Positions 59,436-64,000 of a stretch of DNA of 64,000 nucleotides are shown here, piece by piece. Within the stretch, counting starts at the first letter, position 1; every line of letters begins with the position of its first letter. Position numbers and translations under genes: made by a program. The stretch lies in the NCBI GenBank assembly GCA_000146465.1, contig CP001950.1. One strand, written 5' to 3'. The notes beneath the pieces are model-generated. The model made no database searches. It was not told the origin of the DNA and saw nothing but the letters and a program-made list of their open reading frames with translations.

Positions 59436-62400
59436 ATGATCCCCTTGAGTCTTATGCATATCAAGCAAATAAGGTTGAAAAACTTCAAAAGCTTCAAGGA
59501 TGAGACTCTGGTAGAATTTACAGAGAATGTCAATATAATTGTGGGGCGGAATGGAAGTGGAAAGAGTAGCATTGTCTCAGCTATCCGTTTTGTTCTGTGT
59601 GGAGAGAAATACAACTGTGAATCTAGGATGGAGCTTATTCACGAAGGAAGTAGGGCTAGCGAAGAAGAGGCAAGCGTTGAGATTGTATTTGATAGTGGAT
59701 CTCCGGAGTCCCTGGGGAAGGGATTTAGTATTAAGAGGGTTGTAGATGCCAAGAAAGATGAATATATGCTGGATAACAAGACTATATCTCGAGATGAGTT
59801 GGGAGGTCTGCTTCAAGGTCATGGGTTTGCCACAAGTAGTCCATATTTTATTGTTTTACAGGAAGAAATATCGGAGCTTGCAGTTCTTAGCGACAGAAGA
59901 AGGTATGAATTGATAAAAGATGTTGCGGGAGTGTCTGAATACGAAAAGGATAGGGAAAATAGCATGCAGACGCTTGAAGAAACTAAACAGAGTGAAAACA
60001 AAATTGAGCTGTTATTAGAAAGGATCGAAGAAAAGTTAAGAGGATTTGAAAACGATAAAAAAGAGGCAGAGTTGTGCTTGGAGCTAGAAAAAGAGAAAAG
60101 AAGGCTTGAATATGGATATATTGAGAGAGAAGTTGGAGAGATCAATGAAGAGATATGTAAAATTGAAAATCTTGGATCTAATAATCTTGAAGAGAGCTCC
60201 GAAGAAAATGAAGATTATGGATGCGAGATCAGAGAAGTAGAGAGCAAACTAGAAAGGCTTGGTAGACGAAGGAAAGAGCTCCATGTAGACGAAAAGTACA
60301 AAGATAAGGAATCTGAGATTGAAAATGAGATCAAAAATATTGAGAAGAAAAGGAATGATCTTTTAGGATCCCTTGAGATTGAAAAAAAGACTCTAAAGAG
60401 TCTTAAAAGGAATGAAATGGAAACCTTTGTAAGGTCGGGTTATATAAAATATCTAATAGTGTTTTTAGAAACTCTGGGAAATAGAGAAGTGAGTTCTGAA
60501 GAAATAGAGATATCCAAGAGAGCTTTGAAGGAAAAGATCGAGAAGTTAAAGGATTTTAATAATCTGGATCATTCGGGGAAGTTTGAAGAAAAAAGAAATA
60601 TTGAGGAGTTAATTGAAAGGAGAAAGCATCTATGGAGAGAAGAAAGAAGGTTGAAGCTTTCCGAAGAATCAATAGGGGGAATTGTTAAGTCCCAGGAAGG
60701 AAGATTAATTGCGATGGGAAACATCGGTTTGGATGTATACAAGCAGATTAAGAATGAAAAGGGGGTATTGGGATATGTGTACGATTTGATAAGCATACCT
60801 AATGAGTTAGCCAATGCGTTTGAAGCCGTTGTGGGAAATGCTCTCTTCAATATAGTTGTGGAGAGTGAAGATGTGGCATCTAATGTGTTGAAAAAGATGA
60901 AGGACTTAAGGTTTAGAGTAACATTTATGCCGCTTAATAGAATTGAATATAAGGAGGAAAATGAGATAGAAGATTCGAATGTTATTTCGTTGACATCACA
61001 ATTGAAATGCAACCAGCAATATAAGCCTCTCCTCAGATATATCACTAAAAATTTCTATCTTTGTCCAGACTTGAAACAAGCACTTCATCTGTCCAAGAAG
61101 TATGGAATCAATGTTGTTACTCTCTCAGGGGAAGTGGTGGCCAGGGAAGGAACTATTACAGGAGGATATGAGAGAAGAAACATGGTTTTCCAGGAATATA
61201 AGAGGATATGCAAAGAATCAAGAAAGATAAAAGGTGAAATGATTAAAGTGCAGCATGAACTTGGGAAAATTAATAAGGAGATTGAAGAGGTAAAAATGCA
61301 CAAGGAGTGTGGAAGCGATGAATCCAGATACTACGAAAGTTTGAAATCCTCCGTTCTATTTCTTCAAGAGAAAATAAAGATACTAGAAGAAGTTGTTAAA
61401 GAGAAGCTTGATGGAAACGGTATCAACGGAAAGCTTCGAAAATTAAGAGAAGAGGAAAAAGACCTAAAGCTTAAAGGGATTTGGATTGGAGGAGAAATTA
61501 AAAAAGTTGGAATGAGAATAGAAGAAGCTGAGATAGGAGTTAGGAATTTAAATGAAGGTGTAGGACGTCTTCGAGAAGAATTAAGTAAATCTAGCATGTA
61601 TAGAGAGGCAAAAGAGATTGAAAAAGAGATCTTGGAGTTGAAGGATAAGAAAAGAGCTGTAAAGGAGATGATGTTTAATGAGGAAAACATGGGACTGTTT
61701 GCAAAACCTAAAAAGATAAATGTTGAAGTGGAAAATCTAGTGAGGAGAAAGCACATGCTGATAAACAAAAGAAATGAACTCTGCGAAAGGATAGGGATTT
61801 CCGACTTCAGAAACCTAGAAAGGCTATTTCCCGACAAAAAGAAAGAGGATATAATGAATGAAATAGTTAGAATAAATGAGAGAATTCGGGGGCTTTCGGT
61901 GGTTAACCGGGTAGCAGTGTCCCAATGGGAAAGTTATATAGAGCAGAAGAATTCTATAAGAAAAAGACTTGAGGAATTGAAGGATGATAAACGGCACATA
62001 AGTGAATTTATAGCCGAGCTGGATTCTCGAAAAGAAGGCGCAATGGGAAAGGCCATGTCTGTAGTAGAAGAAGGATTTTCCGAATTCTATTCAAGACTCA
62101 CGGAAGGAGGTAAAGCTGAGCTTTACTCATATGAATCAAGTATAGGAATTAAAGTTGGAAAGGATGTTGGAACAAGCCTACTTAGTGGAGGGCAAAAGGC
62201 TGTAGTAGCACTGTCTCTTATATTTAGTATGCAAAGAGTAAATCCCTCCCCTTTGTATGTATTTGACGAGATTGATGCCAATCTGGATGCCCAGAGTAGA
62301 CAAAAGGTTTCAATGTTGATAAAAGAAATGAGCGAAAGAAATGGAAGCCAGTTTATAATAACGACTTTTAGAAAGGAGTTACTCAACTGCGGAGATAAGT

Positions 62401-62498
62401 ATCTTAATGTTGAGTTCCGGGAAAAAAGAAGCAATATTAAGGATATCGATGCAGGAGTAGCCCATAAGTTCCTCGATGAAGACCTAGGGGAAAGATAA
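59436..62498 (+). CDS. SMC3: Cohesin subunit SMC3
   Basis: The N-terminal Walker A block is IKQIRLKNFKSFKDETLVEFTENVNIIVGRNGSGKSS, resembling Smc3 IKQVIIQGFRSY...NVIVGRNGSGKSN. The C-terminal signature and Walker B region, LSGGQKAVVALSLIFSMQRVNPSPLYVFDEIDANLDAQ...FIITTFRKELL...YLNVEFREKRSNI, parallels Smc3 [38 protein letters not shown]...FITTTFRPELL...FYGVKFRNKVSHI. The true start may be the second Met at 59454. Confidence 0.7.
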   Translation: MIPLSLMHIKQIRLKNFKSFKDETLVEFTENVNIIVGRNGSGKSSIVSAIRFVLCGEKYNCESRMELIHEGSRASEEEASVEIVFDSGSPESLGKGFSIKRVVDAKKDEYMLDNKTISRDELGGLLQGHGFATSSPYFIVLQEEISELAVLSDRRRYELIKDVAGVSEYEKDRENSMQTLEETKQSENKIELLLERIEEKLRGFENDKKEAELCLELEKEKRRLEYGYIEREVGEINEEICKIENLGSNNLEESSEENEDYGCEIREVESKLERLGRRRKELHVDEKYKDKESEIENEIKNIEKKRNDLLGSLEIEKKTLKSLKRNEMETFVRSGYIKYLIVFLETLGNREVSSEEIEISKRALKEKIEKLKDFNNLDHSGKFEEKRNIEELIERRKHLWREERRLKLSEESIGGIVKSQEGRLIAMGNIGLDVYKQIKNEKGVLGYVYDLISIPNELANAFEAVVGNALFNIVVESEDVASNVLKKMKDLRFRVTFMPLNRIEYKEENEIEDSNVISLTSQLKCNQQYKPLLRYITKNFYLCPDLKQALHLSKKYGINVVTLSGEVVAREGTITGGYERRNMVFQEYKRICKESRKIKGEMIKVQHELGKINKEIEEVKMHKECGSDESRYYESLKSSVLFLQEKIKILEEVVKEKLDGNGINGKLRKLREEEKDLKLKGIWIGGEIKKVGMRIEEAEIGVRNLNEGVGRLREELSKSSMYREAKEIEKEILELKDKKRAVKEMMFNEENMGLFAKPKKINVEVENLVRRKHMLINKRNELCERIGISDFRNLERLFPDKKKEDIMNEIVRINERIRGLSVVNRVAVSQWESYIEQKNSIRKRLEELKDDKRHISEFIAELDSRKEGAMGKAMSVVEEGFSEFYSRLTEGGKAELYSYESSIGIKVGKDVGTSLLSGGQKAVVALSLIFSMQRVNPSPLYVFDEIDANLDAQSRQKVSMLIKEMSERNGSQFIITTFRKELLNCGDKYLNVEFREKRSNIKDIDAGVAHKFLDEDLGER

Positions 62499-62555
62499 AG
62501 GTCTTGCACCTACAGGGCTTGTACTTTTCTAAAGCGAGTCGATTCCCCTAATTAA

Positions 62556-62861
62556 ATGGGTGAAAATAAGGACTTTATTTCTCCGCTTGATTTAGCAAAA
62601 AGATTGAGATCTAACGTATATGATCCAGTTAAAACACTTTTATCGATTCAATGCTTAAGTCGTCCACTTTCCGTGGACAGAAGCCAAGTAAGAGCAATAA
62701 GAAGGCTTTCAAAGTTTCTTTTTAGTCTTTCCCTAGATAAAGAGGTGCTTGTTTCCTTGGCGTTCAATCCCGAAGCAGTTGATACATTTATGGATTTTGG
62801 TAAGATAGTTATGCATCGGGAGTATAACAAAATTTATTACTGCATTGATATTAAGCCATGA
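62556..62861 (+). CDS. Hypothetical small protein of 101 aa
   Basis: ATG ORF with a CCCC block 10 nt upstream. No family motif recognised. Confidence 0.3.
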   Translation: MGENKDFISPLDLAKRLRSNVYDPVKTLLSIQCLSRPLSVDRSQVRAIRRLSKFLFSLSLDKEVLVSLAFNPEAVDTFMDFGKIVMHREYNKIYYCIDIKP

Positions 62862-62932
62862 ACAATTGTAGTAAATATCTCCAAGTTTCTTTTTTTGTGT
62901 AAAGGTTTTTTCATAAAATCAACCAAACCCTA

Positions 62933-64000
62933 ATGCTGAAAGAGCTTATTGATGAAGATGACTTCTGCAGAAAGCTGAGGACATCTAAGGAGGAAGACTC
63001 AAAAACTGGTTTCTATAGGCTTTTTTATGTTTTATTGGACGATCCGTCTCTGCAAGTGTTGGAAAGCCTTCTTTCTAATTACACATTGCAGGATGTTGTA
63101 AACGGCCTCAAACACCTCATTAAGTTCAAATTCGATAGACTAACTAAGGAGGTCTATGCGAACATACTTCTTGTGGTCCGAATGATGCTGGACTATGAAG
63201 AAAACATAGACACGCTTATCATAAATCTTTTGCGGCACCATCTAGTGGAGGAAGTGTATTCGATGTACAAAGACAAGCCAAAGTATTTCAACAACCATCC
63301 AAACTGTCTATCATTCTTGGCGTTCTTTTGTGCTCAGAGTAGCACTAGAAGAGATGCTTTCGAAGCCAATCTTAGCACACGGGACTTCTTGTTTATGACC
63401 ATAAAGGAGATGATGTCAGGCTCCCACTTTGAAGATCAGAAAAAAAAAAAGATAAAGAAAGAATCCATCCATGGAAGTTCTGAGTATCCAATCTTTCCAT
63501 TTACGTCTTATTTTTCTTCAAAGAAACTCTTGCCGGCTCTGTTTATGCCAACATCTTTAAATATCCTATCTTCCCAGCTTTCTGTGGACTTGGAGATGAA
63601 TATTATGTTTATCTTGGAGCATGACCAAAACTTTGACTTTCATTTAGAGCTCCTCTTCAAGAATCATATAAGAAACTTGGATGACGCATGCAGGGTCCTA
63701 AGATTTGTAGTTAACATTCCATATCCGCAGAATATTGGAAGGCTAGTTAACTCACTTCTAGACAAGTATCCGTCATCGTATATTGCAGTAATATATGATA
63801 TGCTGTTCTGGAATCAAAAGGAAAGGTTAAATGGGAACCTGGTGGAGTATCTCAAAGGAAATAGTAACAAGATTGCAGAAAAAATAACTTCTCTTCAGGA
63901 AGAATGGAAACCATTGAAGCTAGCAATGGAAAGTATTAAAAAAAGGCAAGAATGCACAGTAGAAAGCATAACTAAGATGATTCATGGTCTCAACTTTCAA
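62933..64000 (+). CDS. Hypothetical protein, N-terminal part; the ORF runs off the right edge of the window
   Basis: The frame is open from the ATG at 62933 to the window end, over 355 codons, and contains an in-frame A11 run (K-rich). No family motif recognised. Confidence 0.45.
   Translation, partial: MLKELIDEDDFCRKLRTSKEEDSKTGFYRLFYVLLDDPSLQVLESLLSNYTLQDVVNGLKHLIKFKFDRLTKEVYANILLVVRMMLDYEENIDTLIINLLRHHLVEEVYSMYKDKPKYFNNHPNCLSFLAFFCAQSSTRRDAFEANLSTRDFLFMTIKEMMSGSHFEDQKKKKIKKESIHGSSEYPIFPFTSYFSSKKLLPALFMPTSLNILSSQLSVDLEMNIMFILEHDQNFDFHLELLFKNHIRNLDDACRVLRFVVNIPYPQNIGRLVNSLLDKYPSSYIAVIYDMLFWNQKERLNGNLVEYLKGNSNKIAEKITSLQEEWKPLKLAMESIKKRQECTVESITKMIHGLNFQ

Noticed and set aside
272-62830. Numerous 60-160-aa ORFs antisense to or overlapping the long genes, e.g. 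272..499, 904..1155, 8517..8826, 33963..34565, 47085..47330, 54530..55200, 60569..61045
   Set aside because: They lie wholly inside strongly supported conserved genes on the opposite strand or in another frame, and they show low-complexity or Ser/Leu-rich composition typical of spurious antisense frames.
1-64000. Prokaryote-type novel systems (defence islands, CRISPR arrays, integrons, IS elements, operons)
   Set aside because: The coding content is uniformly eukaryotic housekeeping (nuclear chromatin, spliceosome, proteasome, secretory pathway) with pol-III tRNAs. No direct-repeat arrays, inverted terminal repeats, transposase or integrase ORFs were seen.

Overview
The window is a gene-dense stretch of a compact eukaryotic nuclear genome with few or no introns. 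It reads as a housekeeping chromosomal core, not an accessory island. Protein genes sit on both strands about 25-400 bp apart, and two pol-III tRNA genes carry internal A/B boxes and T-run terminators. Many start codons have a CCC (or GGG on the opposite strand) block just upstream, and the proteins are shortened, divergent orthologues of universal eukaryotic proteins. Together these point to a microsporidian-like reduced genome of roughly 40% GC. There are about 48 protein-coding genes, one cut by each window edge, plus tRNA-Glu(UUC) and tRNA-His(GUG). I found no rRNA, transposon, CRISPR array, prokaryotic-style operon or large repeat. I recognised products by eye from family signature motifs. 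They cover GPI anchoring (PIG-A, PER1), translation and RNA metabolism (eIF4A-like, Dhh1, Nop56, Nog2, LSm2, Sua5, AsnRS, Elp1), DNA repair and replication (Rad2/XPG, Tfb5, Dna2, SMC3), chromatin and transcription (INO80, Cdc73, PHD-finger protein, cyclin, an E(z)-like SET protein and an EED-like WD40 protein), the proteasome, Cdc48 and ubiquitin system (Rpt6, Doa1, Shp1, a cullin), secretion (Sec12, Yif1, a PDI-like protein, V-ATPase a subunit), and metabolism (mevalonate kinase, cis-prenyltransferase, an FAD/NADPH reductase). The ORF track labels TTG and GTG first codons as M, so I moved several starts to the first in-frame ATG. There is no defence-island-like or otherwise unprecedented system here. 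The observations most worth a second look are these. (1) Adjacent PRC2-type genes, an E(z)-like SET/CXC methyltransferase next to an EED/ESC-like WD40 protein. (2) A 66-aa TFIIH Tfb5/p8 gene, missed by ORF-length filters, lying directly upstream of Rad2/XPG. (3) Two ORFs in the same frame separated by a single TAG with zero spacing, a TM/RING-like protein and Dhh1. (4) A candidate spliceosomal intron (GTAAGT...TTAAC...polyY-CAG) that joins an upstream ATG in frame to a small ORF lying between the two PRC2 genes. (5) A standalone FAD/NADPH reductase with no FMN domain. All product names are motif-level inferences made without database searches.
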